Shown here: one piece after another, positions 40,429 through 52,576 of the stretch
Layout: each line of letters opens with the position of its first letter
How positions within the stretch are numbered: the stretch's first letter is position 1
Source of the DNA: Trichinella spiralis
Lineage: Eukaryota
Length of the DNA: 64,000 nt
Assembly (NCBI RefSeq): GCF_000181795.1
Contig: NW_003526941.1
Coordinates: forward strand, 11,148,161 to 11,212,160
Direction: 5' to 3'
Translations under genes and position numbers: made by a program
Notes under the pieces: generated by a model
Database searches by the model: none
The model's input: only the letters and a program-made list of their open reading frames with translations
What the model was told of the DNA's origin: nothing

Positions 40429-42262
40429 TTAAGCTCTTGGATTTTCTTTCATCAATTCGATATCGGCAGCAACCATCATGCTCACTAATTCCTATAAAAT
40501 AAACATTGGAAATGGATAAATTTAAAAGCGAAGAAGCAATATCAGTCTTCTCAATACCGGAAATGATACAGACGGCTTCCAATGAAGCAAACGTCTCGCT
40601 TTTGAACTGTCACCAATGAGCAAGTCCTGAACAATATTTTACATAATGAAAATTTAAACTTTTTTTTAAAAAAAAGTATATATCAACTTACCACTTCGGT
40701 AGGACGATAATATTTTGGATTCACTTTTACCCGAACCTTGCCATTGCTGGTACAAATTCCAACTTCATTTTCACCTTCACCTTTCCAACTATAAAAATGA
40801 AAATAAAATTTTAAAGTAATTCAACGAATACTTACACAATTTCCTCGTTGATGCATTTGAAAGCTAGTTCCACAAATTCTCGCACGCTGTGAGTTTCGCC
40901 AGTTGAAATGACATAATCTTGCGGTTCATCTTGTTGTAGCATCAACCACATGGCCTTTAAATAAGCATAAGCAAAACGTATAGTCTAGATAAAAATTAGT
41001 AGTAAGCTTACTTCGACGTAATCTTTGGCATAACCCCAGTCCCGTTTGGCGTTCAAATTGCCCAATTCAACGCAATCTGCTAAACCGAGAGAAATTTTTG
41101 CAACGGAACGTGTGATTTTTCTTGTCACGAATGTTTCGCCTACAATCAACTCAATTAAAAAACAACAACAACAAAACATTTGATAAATTAATAAATAGAT
41201 TAATTGAAATTTCCTACCGCGTCTCGGACTTTCGTGATTGAACAAAATTCCATTGCAAGCGAAAATATTGTACGCTTCGCGATAGTTGACCACAATCCAA
41301 TATGCATATTGTTTGGAAACAGCTTAGAGAAAAAAATTCTTTTTTTTTAATTTTAAATCAGAGCATAAAAATCAGTGCAAATTGCACAATTACCATACGG
41401 AGATCGTGGGTAAAATGGTGTTGTTTCACTTTGGGGAATTTCTTGCACTTTACCGAATAATTCTGAAGAAGAGGCTTGGTAAAAACGGACATTTTTCAAA
41501 TTGCACGCTCGAATAGCACAAAGCAGTCGCAGTGTTCCGATTGCATTAATATCAGAAGTATATTCTGGAACGTCGAACGAAACCTGAACCAAGAGGGGTG
41601 GGGAAAAAAGGAAGAAATACAAAAATTGATTTTCAAGTAACATAATTTGTACAGTCTTACCTTGACGTGGCTTTGAGCAGCCAAGTTGTATATTTCGTCT
41701 GGTTTGATAGAGTTGATCAAATTGGTCAAGCCCGACGAATCGGATAAATCACCATAATGCAAAACTAAATCTAGAAAAAAAACAAGAAAACCATTCGTAC
41801 AAAAATGACGTAATATTTGAAAAAGAAATTTCTGTTTTTTTTACTTTTCGACTGATGCAATACTGGGTCGTCGTAAAGATGAATAATTCGTCCAGTGTTG
41901 AAAGAGCTCGATCGACGTATAATTCCATGAACCTGAAATGAAACATTACAATAAAACGAAATCACATAGCAGTCTGAAGTCACGAACAGTCTCTCACCTT
42001 GTAACCTTTGCTCAGCAGCAATTCAACCAAATACGATCCATCCTGGAATACAATTTCAAATGAAAAATTTCAAATTGTCACGGTAGAATAGTGTTTTTTT
42101 CAAAAATAATTTTCAGGATCGAATTAGTGTTTATTTAAATTTTTTTTAAATACAAAAGTATAAATAATTTTGAGAGTAATTTAAATTATTGATACAACTC
42201 ACTTGACCACATATTCCAGTTACGAGCGCAACTTTCGGTCGATTATCTTCAACAACAGCCAT
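40429..42262 (-). CDS. gmd: GDP-mannose 4,6-dehydratase, 11 exons, 357 aa
   Basis: Exons 42203-42262, 41998-42042, 41845-41932, 41661-41770, 41394-41583, 41218-41322, 41012-41139, 40836-40954, 40692-40788, 40558-40626 and 40429-40491 sum to 1074 nt in frame. Motifs: [91 protein letters not shown]. Confidence 0.96.
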
Positions 42263-44771
42263 GCTATTAATGATGATGATGATGATGTACTGCCTAGAAT
42301 GAAAAGAGCAAAAATTGACTTGCTCAGTTGAATTGTAAAAGCACTACACGAGCCATGTTTGGGCAGATTACGAACACTGCAGCTACACAAACTGCACAGT
42401 TCAAATAATATATATACTTTTCCCTTTTCTAACAGCTATAATACTTTCCAGTAGAATCAATGTTTGCATACTTGGCAAATGGTTGTCAATTTCTGGTCAA
42501 AGAAATACTACTTACTTTCTCTCTAGTACAATTTTCAAACTATGTAAATGTTTATACAAGCGTGTGCATGTGCATAATTTCAATTTTACACTTTCAATTG
42601 CAATGTTGAAATTGAAATGACACTAGAAAAAAGTGATCCGTTAATTATAATCAAGTGGCCACATGTTGCGAATCAACAGACAGAACACACGATTATAATA
42701 ATAAGCTGTAAGCTGTGTGACGACAGAATAAAATCAACCTAACCAACCAACAATATTAAGCGGCAAACTGCTTTCCATTTGTAGCCTGTTAAATACTTTT
42801 CATCAAAGATCAGTAAACTTTATAAAAAGAAAAAGTTGATCTGTAAATTACAGATCATTTATCTTTTAGTATTTGGGTGAAATTTGAAAAAAAATTCAAT
42901 TTGTCAACAGAAATTACTTTGCAAATATCTTTCAGTGGACACAAGTCAAATGTTGCCAACAAATGCCAACGTTCGTTCGGTCGCGTATAATATCGGCAAA
43001 GCAGGCTGAACTTTGTAAGCATTTACTAGAAAAGGCAACCATTATTAATGAATGATTTAACACTTATCAAAAGGTTAACTGTCCAAATCAAATGTGAATA
43101 ACATTCGTTGAACAAACAACAATGGTGTGAAACTGAAATGAAAACAATCGATCTATTCGACAAAATTAATACAACAAATTATGAAAAAATTATCAAATTT
43201 TATGGCTCATATTAAAAAAAAACAACAACAACATTTAAATTGTTAATGAATAATATCAAAAATTAATAAATTACACTGTGATTCATTTCGTCAACATTTG
43301 CCAGATGAATAAAATTTATGCATATAAAGAGCAAGCAGCTCAACGTGAAATATCACATGAAAGTTATAAAAACAAATCAGTTTTATCATTACATATATAA
43401 TTTCTTTTTGTATATTTATATGATATCTTTAAAAGTGTATATTGAAATAATATGCAAGAAGCAAATTCACAAACGTTCCCTGCTAAGTAGCAGTGAAGAA
43501 AAGTATATTATGGGGTAAACGTTTGTAAAAAATCTTTACAATATTTCATTTTTGGTTTTTGTAACTGAAAAATATTAACTATTTGAAACTTTACAATTCA
43601 TTCATTTCAAAAAGTACCCGCAATAAAAATTAAGTTATACAGTAAGTTGCGTTTAAGTTTCAATTCTGTATTAGATACTGTATTCATTAAAATTGTTTAA
43701 ATTTATCAATTAAAATTCACTTTCTAAACAATATGAATAGTTTTCAAATTGAATTGAAAACAAAATCATCAATAATTTTTAAGCCAGCAACAAACAATTG
43801 TTAATCAAAAACGAAATCGGAAAACAATCTCAAAGTTGTTGAACTAACCAAACAGATATCAATCGTATTCCAATCAAATAATAATAATAAACAAAGTTCA
43901 TATTTGTTGATTGTTGTCACTGTTTCGTCATCGAAAGTAAAAAAAAGTATAGTAAATAAACAAACTAATGAAATAATTATTCAATTCAAAATACTTGTGT
44001 TCAAATATATATATCCAAAAATATTAAAATGAGTTTTGATCAAGAATTGAATGAAAAAAAACAAGTATGCCTTTGCAGATTACCTAGTTTTATTTCAAAT
44101 CATGACGACCTATTTTATTTATTCGATTCATGCAAAATAATAATGCATAACTGAAAGTGTAAACTGGAAAATTTTTACAAATATATTTTTGTAAGTTTTA
44201 TGTGTGTGTGTGTAGCAAGCGGTTGCCAAATGAAAATTAGCATGGTGAATGTAATTCTTTTTTTTTATCCCACCCAATTTTCATAACCTAATTGCAATCG
44301 TCACAACAACAGCGTCAAGCTTGATGTCAGTCATTTTTATCGTGGGCAGCTTCAAACTATTAATAATTTGGATGAATCATGGAAAAGTGAAAAGCATTCA
44401 CGCACAGCTAACCCTTTTTCAAATGCTTTATGAAAATTGAATCCGGTTGTTGTTCAGGTTTTTGTTTTTCAAATTGAACACAAACCAGAATCCAAAGCAC
44501 AGCTTTGATAAGTTTTATATTTTTGGAAAAATGCAAAACATGAATTATTAACAATAACGCGGAGTTGGGAAACACGGTCCAAGAGTTTATTATATAACCG
44601 TACGCTGGTTGCAAATGTACGTATGAAAACGATTTATCAAATTTGAAAAATATATATTTCTCATCCGTTCATCATTACAATATTCAGATTAATCTACCGT
44701 AATATTTGATTGAAATAAGAAAAGAGGAAGATTTGCATTTTCCAAAATAAAAAAAATTAGCTACACCACCA

Positions 44772-45288
44772 ATGATTCCACCCGTTTGCTTGTTGTACTT
44801 GTTGACGAGCACAGTTATTGTCACTTATGGTTTTCCGATGATTTTTCCAAGAGATCCATTTTGTACAATGTTCAGCCGTAATGGATTCTGTTATGACATA
44901 TATCAGCCGGTCTGTGGAACCGATGGAATAACTTACGACAATGAATGCTGGCTCTGCTATCGTCTAACTATTGAACCATTGGTAGTTCAAATTGCATACG
45001 ACGGTATGTATGGTTGTTGTAATATGTATTTTTCAAAAAAAAATTATCAAATTAAAATATTTTTCAGGAGAATGTATGGCAGATTATGATCCAATGATGC
45101 TGCAATTTCCTAGATTAATTGGAAATGGTATAGCAGTGCCACCCCCATCGCCACCTTTTTTACTCAGTGGTGTTATTGGGCTAAATTCAAAAGCTAAATT
45201 TGCTCACGCAAAGCCTGATAACCAGACGTTATCTGTTGAAGATTTGCTGTCAAGTGAAATGGAAATTTCTACTGATAATAATCTGTAA
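44772..45288 (+). CDS. Secreted single-domain Kazal-type serine protease inhibitor, 2 exons, 150 aa
   Basis: Exons 44772-45003 and 45068-45288. A hydrophobic signal peptide precedes a six-Cys Kazal pattern C-x8-CYDIYQPVCGTDGITYDNECWLC-x17-C (completed across the splice, ..YDGEC), followed by a Pro-rich tail. Confidence 0.92.
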
Positions 45289-45467
45289 TCAAAAATCATT
45301 CGTGTTATTTATATACATGCATACTTTTCTTCAACTATTTTACAAGAACCATATTTTTTTTTCAACTAGAATCTCATTTTGATAATGAAAAACAGAAATA
45401 TAAATTGAATTACAATTGATAAAATGAATAAAATACTTTTTCAATTTGTTTTCTTTTGCAGTAATTT

Positions 45468-45500
45468 CTCCCCGCGTGACAAGCACCATACTACCGAGAA
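45468..45500 (-). pseudogene. Internally deleted tRNA-Asp relic
   Basis: The minus strand reads TTCTCGGTAGTATGGTGCTTGTCACGCGGGGAG. This is the 5' end, anticodon loop and 3' end of the neighbouring tRNA-Asp, with most of the D arm and the whole T arm missing. Confidence 0.75.
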
Positions 45501-45691
45501 TATGTCCGATATTCTGACTATTATTCCATAAATAAAATCAATAAACACAATCACAATTTTCTTATTAATAACGATAGTTGAACAAAAATTTATGACTGAA
45601 ATTTATAAAATGAAAAGTAATAAACAAGAAAAAATGAATGTAATTTAATTGATAGTTGAAAAAATATTCAAAGTAAAATTTTGAAAAGGAA

Positions 45692-45763
45692 CTCCCCGGC
45701 CGGGAATCGAACCCGGGTCGCCCGCGTGACAGGCGGGAATACTCACCACTATACTACCGAGGA
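45692..45763 (-). tRNA. tRNA-Asp (GTC)
   Basis: The minus strand reads TCCTCGGTAGTATAGTGGTGAGTATTCCCGCCTGTCACGCGGGCGACCCGGGTTCGATTCCCGGCCGGGGAG. It forms a 72-nt cloverleaf with A box, GTC anticodon and GGTTCGATTCC B box, followed by a TTTT Pol III terminator. Confidence 0.98.
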
Positions 45764-46929
45764 CTGATTGATTGATTGTAAATTTTAATTTAAAAAGTCA
45801 AACATAGAAACGTTATTTAAAAAATAATTTAAATAAGACAACAAGAGTTGTTATCTAAAATTATCCATTTGAATAAATAAATTCACCAATGAATAACGAA
45901 ATAAATAAAGAAAAGGAATATTTGATTAAATAAATGTTTTGATTGACCAATTGTAACTACGATGCGGCTAAGTTTTGCAGGTTAAATTGTGTTGAAAAAT
46001 TGATGAGAATTGCAAGTTTCAACAAACAAAGCAATAGATAGAGCTAAATTTGACAAGTGTCATTTGCAATACTGCAAATTGAATAGCTGCTGGCGATGAT
46101 TCACTCAAACAAATTCAGCATAAAGCATTTTGAGTGGACAAATGAGAGAGAGAGAGTGTGTAAGTGAAGCTCTTCAAACAAGCCGAAAAAGCGTGTGGAC
46201 AAAATTTTCCACATTAAGCCGATTCTTCTGATGTTAAAGTATCAATTTTAACTTGTCTAAATGGTTCATAAAACTCTCATTTATAAATATACCCTTTGAT
46301 TTCAAATATTATTTAAAACAGTAGAATCATTTTTTCCATAAGTATATATACAGATTATAAAAATATTGAAAGAAAAAAGATTAAAGAAGAAAAATCAAAA
46401 ACATGCATTTTACATTCAAATGAATAAACAAAATTTATGATACATTGATTTTCTGTTGAATCCTTGTTGTAATGTGTCAATTTTAATTATCAAATGAATT
46501 CAAATCAAATACACAAAACAGCTTAATTCATACATATTCAATCTTGATATTTTGCGTTGGATGGAAATAATTTTCCAAATGGAACTGAAAGTTTCTCAAA
46601 TTGAATATATATTATGCAAAATAAAAAAATTGAAACAAAAAGAAACTGTAAATATAATAAATAATAAAACTATTGAATGCATTTCTGTTGACAATGAGAA
46701 TTTTAAAATTTTATGAATAGGAAAAAAAATAGATATGAAAAAACAACTTTTTGCATAAATTGTCTGTAGGCATTGGTTTGATTATTTATTACTATTATTT
46801 TGTTGTTGTTGTTTAGTTGTTCAGCAGAGCTTGAAAAATTGAATAATAGTGAAAAGATGGGAAAAAAAGATCGATGGAAAAAAGCCAATCGCTATAAATA
46901 TAACCTTTTGGCTATTTCGGCTATTGACG

Positions 46930-47435
46930 GCCAGCCGGCCAGCCAGTGCAAGTATGCTTCAAGGCAAACAGCTGTCATGGCCAAAGGGTGCAATGGCCTT
47001 TTGCAAAATCATGTGACAGCTAATAATAAGAATAAGAAGAAGAAGAAGAATGGCCAACAAGGAAAAAAGAACAACATCACTACTGGGAGGAAACATGCAT
47101 CATATCTGGGAGGGGTTGGTCCTTGACGAGACAAGAAAAATGCGACAAAACATACATTTTCAGCTTTTGTCAATTTTCTTTTCCATCTCCACAACGTCAA
47201 ACTAGCATCACCTAAAGCTAAAGTTGTAGCCAGCCGACGTCTTGTCATCAAAAAGCGTCGTCTGTTAAATTTTTTCCCTTCGGGCGAAAAGTTATGTCTT
47301 GATGGCCAGTAGCCGGCGGCTTTTTACGCTGTACAGTGATCATCGGCACCAATTCGAAAAGCTGGGAGTGCGCGCATACACATTTAATCTTTGTAGCCTG
47401 AGGTAAAGCCTTAGGCTACACATTACCCTAATGTG
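46930..47435. promoter_or_regulatory. GC-richer island with clustered AP-2 (TFAP2)-type motifs; probable promoter or enhancer of the KCTD gene
   Basis: GCC-N3/N4-GG(C/G)-type motifs at 46930, 46980, 47276, 47312 and 47408, plus a one-mismatch site at 47396. A possible non-coding exon donor at 47654 and acceptor at 48701 would link this island to the KCTD ORF. Confidence 0.5.
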
Positions 47436-48803
47436 CACTAGCGCAACGTTGCTTTCACAATTACTCTCTCTCTCTCTCTCTCTCTTTCTCTGCTTTCCAT
47501 CTTTCGTCCTCTTTGTCCCTGTGTTGCTATCTACCCCTTTCACTGCATCTCTCTTACCTTCTTTCCCCCATTTTTTTCTCTCTCTCTCTTAAACATGTAT
47601 ATATATGTTTTATTTGATTAAAACAAGAAAATACTCAATTTCTTATTCGACAGGTATGTAAAACTTAATATTAATCATAATTATCTCTTGTACTATTTTA
47701 AAAAATTATCAATTTCTAAAAAATTATTTATTAACGTTCTCTATAAGCATTAACATTTTTTATCATCTATAAAACAAATAATCGTTGAAGTAAATTTTCT
47801 TTTTATTGAAATACTGAAATTTACAATATACAATCTAGCAAATATCAAACTTAATTGTTCAAATATTTTCTGACACTGTCATATCATATTCAACAACCGT
47901 GGGAAAATGCGATATATATATACATATATTCATTTTTGTAAATAAAATTTAATTGATATTAAAATAAATTTATACTGAACTAGCTGGAAATATTCATCAG
48001 TTTAAATTAATCACATTCAAATTGTTCAAATATTAAATCCGCTTATTTTCAACAAAAAAGTTTCTCTTATTGAAAGTACAACATACTGATTATATTGTGA
48101 GGTAAGAGAAAACTTTTTTCCATTTCAAAAAAAATCAAGAAGTACTAATGGAAAAGAAATCTCATTTCGACGTCAAAATTTTAATATTAACAATTTTTCA
48201 TTCTTCCTTTAAAATTTCATTCTTCCCCTTCCCGAACACCATTTTTTTCGAAACATATGGCATTGGTAAGATAAATTTCAGAACAGGTTAGCATTGAAAT
48301 TGAGCTCAATTCTCAGGTGGTCATTCTATGGGGAACTTTTTCTCAAAGCATCAAATCATAGTATACTAAATGAAATCAGGTCAATTTTGAATTTGAAATA
48401 TTCCAGAATACAACAGTACATGTCGAAGACAATTATTATGCATCTTTCTTTCCTATACATATACATATGTGCGTATATTTTTGAAATTAAATTTAATAAT
48501 CTTTATAACTTACAAAATATACTTTCATCTGATTATAATATTATCATTAGTGTTCTAAAGTAGATTACAAATTAAATCTTCAAACAGATGTCGAATGATA
48601 TGAAAAGCTGAACGTAGTATAAATGTCTGTTGGGATTTCAAAAGACCATCGAAATAAAAATGGCAACTGTTCAAACGAATCAAATCTCTAATCTTTCACA
48701 GGTTGAAAGCAAGTGGTAGCTTGAGAAAAAAAGCAACAAAGCTTTCATATTGGAATACATACAATCGACAGAGTTGAAGAAAAGAACGAACACTGTAGTT
48801 TTT

Positions 48804-50013
48804 ATGCAACGTCGAAATTTGAGAAAGCGACCAATTAGAAAAGCAATGCTATCACCGCAATGTACTACATCAAGAGCGTCAAGAAAACAAATCTGCAAAA
48901 ACAAAGAAAGATGCTCAATCATTGCTGATCAACCACCACTGGAAATGCCGAAGAAGAATTTCAATGAGACAATTGCAAGGCTGTTGCAGAGAACACAAAT
49001 TGAAGAGCCTGTTCCAAGCTTCTCGTCGATGACTAATAACAAAACCGAAGAGACCGACTGTACTATGAGGTAAGAATGCAATTTATCATACTTTCGCCCT
49101 TGATTTTTTTTTATTACATTACAGTAATGCAAAATAATAATAAAAACATCAAAAGTGAAATACGTCAACGAACGAACGAACGAACGAAAAACCATTTACA
49201 ACAATTAGAATTTCAAACTCCATAACAAACAAACAAAATATTAATTACTTACCTAGAAATGTTTCAATTTTCATGATGTAAAAATTTGTTTGGCGTAAAA
49301 GTTGCAACGGAATGAATTCACTTTGAAATTCGAATTCTATAAATATAAACAAAACTAATAACTTAAATATATGAATTGAATTTAGTCGTGTCCAATGGTC
49401 ACCGGACGACAGCATGCCAGTGAGAGCTGTAAAAATTGAAACACACCTAGAAACAGCGTTGGGCATTCCCAGAGTGGCACCGCTTTACCACCACAACGCT
49501 CCAGTGCACCTGGACGTCGGTGGAATCACGTTCACCACAACGCTGGCTACACTGACCAAGTATGATAATTATCCGTAACTGTAGTAGTGATTTTAAATTT
49601 AGACTTAATTTTAACAGACACCCTGAATCTACCCTTGCCGGGCTATTTAATGGAAGAATTCCAGTGGTGCTAGATTATTTAAAGCAAAATTACTTTTTGG
49701 ATCGTGATGGTGATATGTTTCGTCATGTTTTGAACTACCTTCGGCACGAGCGTCTGTTACTTCCAGATAATTTCCAGGTATTTCATTTTGTTTCATTTGT
49801 TTAATGCTTCTGAATATTAGAAAAAAAAACTAATTATAAAACTGTTTAAATAGCGTAAAGCAATGTCTATTTACATTGTAACATTTTCTTAAGGAATTCG
49901 ATCTCCTCGAGCAAGAAGCAGTTTATTACGGACTACATGAAATGGTGACTATGATCAATCTTCATCGCAACACAAGGAAATACGCCACTACTCTCAACAA
50001 TTTGGATACCTAA
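48804..50013 (+). CDS. BTB/POZ (T1-type) domain protein of the KCTD1/KCTD15 (tiwaz) group, about 239 aa
   Basis: Exons 48804-49069, 49386-49559, 49618-49777 and 49894-50013. The spliced sequence [97 protein letters not shown] matches the KCTD1/15 signature NAPVHIDVGG..PIVLDSLKQHYFIDRDG. The start codon and first exon are less certain. Confidence 0.88.
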
Positions 50014-50122
50014 ATCATATCAGCTATTTACTCATTTTTTTATCTCACATTTTATTCTTAAAGCTCAGAATATTTTTCTCTTCTTTGTTTTACTGTGACT
50101 TGCTTCAAAGTTGTCTTCAAGT

Positions 50123-52490
50123 TCAATTATTTCGACTAGAAATGATGCTGTCCTCCACAGTTCGACTACTTGGCATGTAAACTTGGAAAACAAAATTGTC
50201 TCTAGAGAATGAGCCCTAAAATAAAAAATAAAATTAAAAAATTGTTTTTCCAAAAATGAAAAAAAAGATAAGCATCAAAATTCACCGGATTAGTAACCAC
50301 ACAACCTTGTACTGTCTGTGTAAATGGCCTGTATTTGTCACAGCAGACTACTAAATCTGGCAGCGGATACAGATAAAGACTGTGATCCAAATTCCAATAA
50401 ACAGGTGAAATGTGCAAAGGAAGCGGTGATAAATGACTCTGAGCTAATATGGTTTTAGCAAACTGAAATTCAATACTGATGAAATTGAAAGAAAATAAAA
50501 TATTTAAAATACAATTTAAATTCAAAAATAAGTCGTACGTGTTCTGGTATGTTTTCCATTTCATTCGGCATGTAAAAACTGTTCCGACAAATTCGAGATA
50601 CAATATCTTCTCGAAAAACAACAATTCTGTGAGACAAATAGCGAATTCGACAAGGATTCGTTGCCAATGTACAATTTTGCACTTTTGATTTGAATGGCGC
50701 AACCACAGAAGGTAACAATGGCTGTCTGAAAATATTGAATTCAAATCAATTAACATTACCACCAATTACCGACTGGTACCTTGGAATTGTGTCTGTAAAA
50801 ACTGCATCCGCTGACGATGGGATAAAAATAAATTGAGCACGTTTAACCAAATTTGGATAATTGACAACAATATCGGCCAGAGCTTTGAAACCATCTTAAA
50901 ACAGTACAATTGAATTTGTTATAAATTTCTGAAATTAAACTCAAAAAAATTACCCTGCAAAACTGACGCTTGTTGAATACCGTAATATTCTGATAAAAAT
51001 TCTCCAGAAAATACGAAAAACAACAATTGACTAGGATCATTCTCAGAAAATCCATCAAACAAACAATTCAGCGCTTTGCGAACCTTAAAATTTTTACATT
51101 ACCTATGTGTTACCTACTTTTAAAATAAATAAACGTACTTTTGGAGAGTCTAAAAAAATGTCTGATAAAAAAATGAACATTGCATCGAAAGTTTCTTCGA
51201 GTTGAGACAATTCATTCAAATTTAATTCTTTGATTTCTTTTTGACCACCAAACAGATCCATGTTGTCCAAGTGATTTAAACTTTGCTCTGCAGATTCTAT
51301 GGGCGGAAAGCCAATAGTGGTAGCGTGCAAAATTGAATCAGAAACGAAACCTTCTACCATTACAATCATATTTTCCACGTACAAACCGGGTTGGAAATTC
51401 TGAAAATCACGAATAAAAAAAATAAATTCAACGCTAAATATTATTTTGAAAAATATAAACTTTCATACTGTTTCTGTGAGGTTCATTTCAATATCACCAG
51501 TCAAGTCTTCAAGATGGAATGTATGCTGGAAAATGAACAGTTTAACAATTTATTTATTTAATTCATCTAAATGCTTACATGCTTCAACTGTGACATCATT
51601 CCAACAATAACAGTGCTTTTCAGAGATCCTTGAAAGCCGCACAAACTTTCTACGGTGCGAAGCTGAAAGATATTTTCATGATATTCTACAACTGCTTTTT
51701 TTTATTATTACCTGATATTTTTTCGCATTAAAAACACTAGGTTCGTCAATTGTGAATAATTCATGATTGAGAAGACGCTAAAATGTCATAATTTAAATAG
51801 TTGTAATGATAATAATAATAATAATAAAATTCGCAACCTGATAAATTAAAAGAAATCGATTTCTATACAAAGCTTCTTTTTCAGCACCTGTACTAAGCAT
51901 AGCAGATTTTGAAGCTGTGCAAGGCAACCTTTGAGAAAACAACTACTTTTACAAATGATTCACAGATAAAATACAAAATAATTACAGATGAAATTTTTTC
52001 TTGTCCATATCATAGCTAAATTTTGGAGCAACATTCGCTGGGATAATAATGAACAGCTCTGATCTAGTTTGAACAAAAATAACATTATTCGTTATTAGAA
52101 ATACGGTAATAATTTCAAAAGTGAATTTACTTTTTTGGTATTGTCTTTTCTAAATGTTTTATGCATTTCAAAACTGACTCTTCGTCAAGAAAACAACTTT
52201 CCACTAAATTTAATTAAATCAATAATAAACATAAGACAATTTTAAATCAATTCAACAAAAACCAACTCGGAATCTTCTGTATTACAGATATTACGTTGTT
52301 GATGAAATTCTTACGATCGTCGGCCATATCAAATGTTGACATGTATTCAATGAGACACTTCTGTGCATCACTAAATTGAAAAACAGTAAAAAAAATCTGT
52401 AAATAAAATAAATAATATTACTCACGGTTTTAGCTGATACCCATTGAGCTTAAAAATGGCTAACATTTCACGACGAATGCTATCTTCCAT
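50123..52490 (-). CDS. POLE2: DNA polymerase epsilon subunit 2 (Dpb2/POLE2), multi-exon
   Basis: Starts MEDSIRREMLAIFKLNGYQLK (ATG at 52490). Internal motifs: HLEDLTG, GLYVENMIVMVEG, IGFPPIES, FIFLSDIFLD, ATNPCRIRY, ILAQSHLSPLPLHISPVYW..DHSL.LYPLPDLVVCCD. Last exon 50123-50215 reads GSFSRDNFVFQVYMPSSRTVEDS...*. Confidence 0.95.
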
Positions 52491-52568
52491 TTTGGCATAC
52501 AAAATTTCACACTTAACCGCAAAGACCTATCAAATAAAACAACTGCAAATTTCAGGTCAGCATTACTC

Positions 52569-52576
52569 TTTCGCGC
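52569..52576. promoter_or_regulatory. E2F-type site TTTCGCGC in the POLE2/MRPL46 divergent promoter
   Basis: Exact match to the E2F consensus TTTSSCGC about 80 nt upstream of the POLE2 ATG, in very AT-rich surroundings. Confidence 0.5.

Noticed and set aside
42837..42857. Inverted repeat TGATCTGTAA-A-TTACAGATCA upstream of gmd
   Set aside because: Short, AT-rich and isolated, so plausible by chance in 64 kb.
46800..47251. ORFs 46800-47126 and 47009-47251 as coding exons
   Set aside because: Driven by AAG/AAT repeats with no homology, and better explained as regulatory or UTR sequence.
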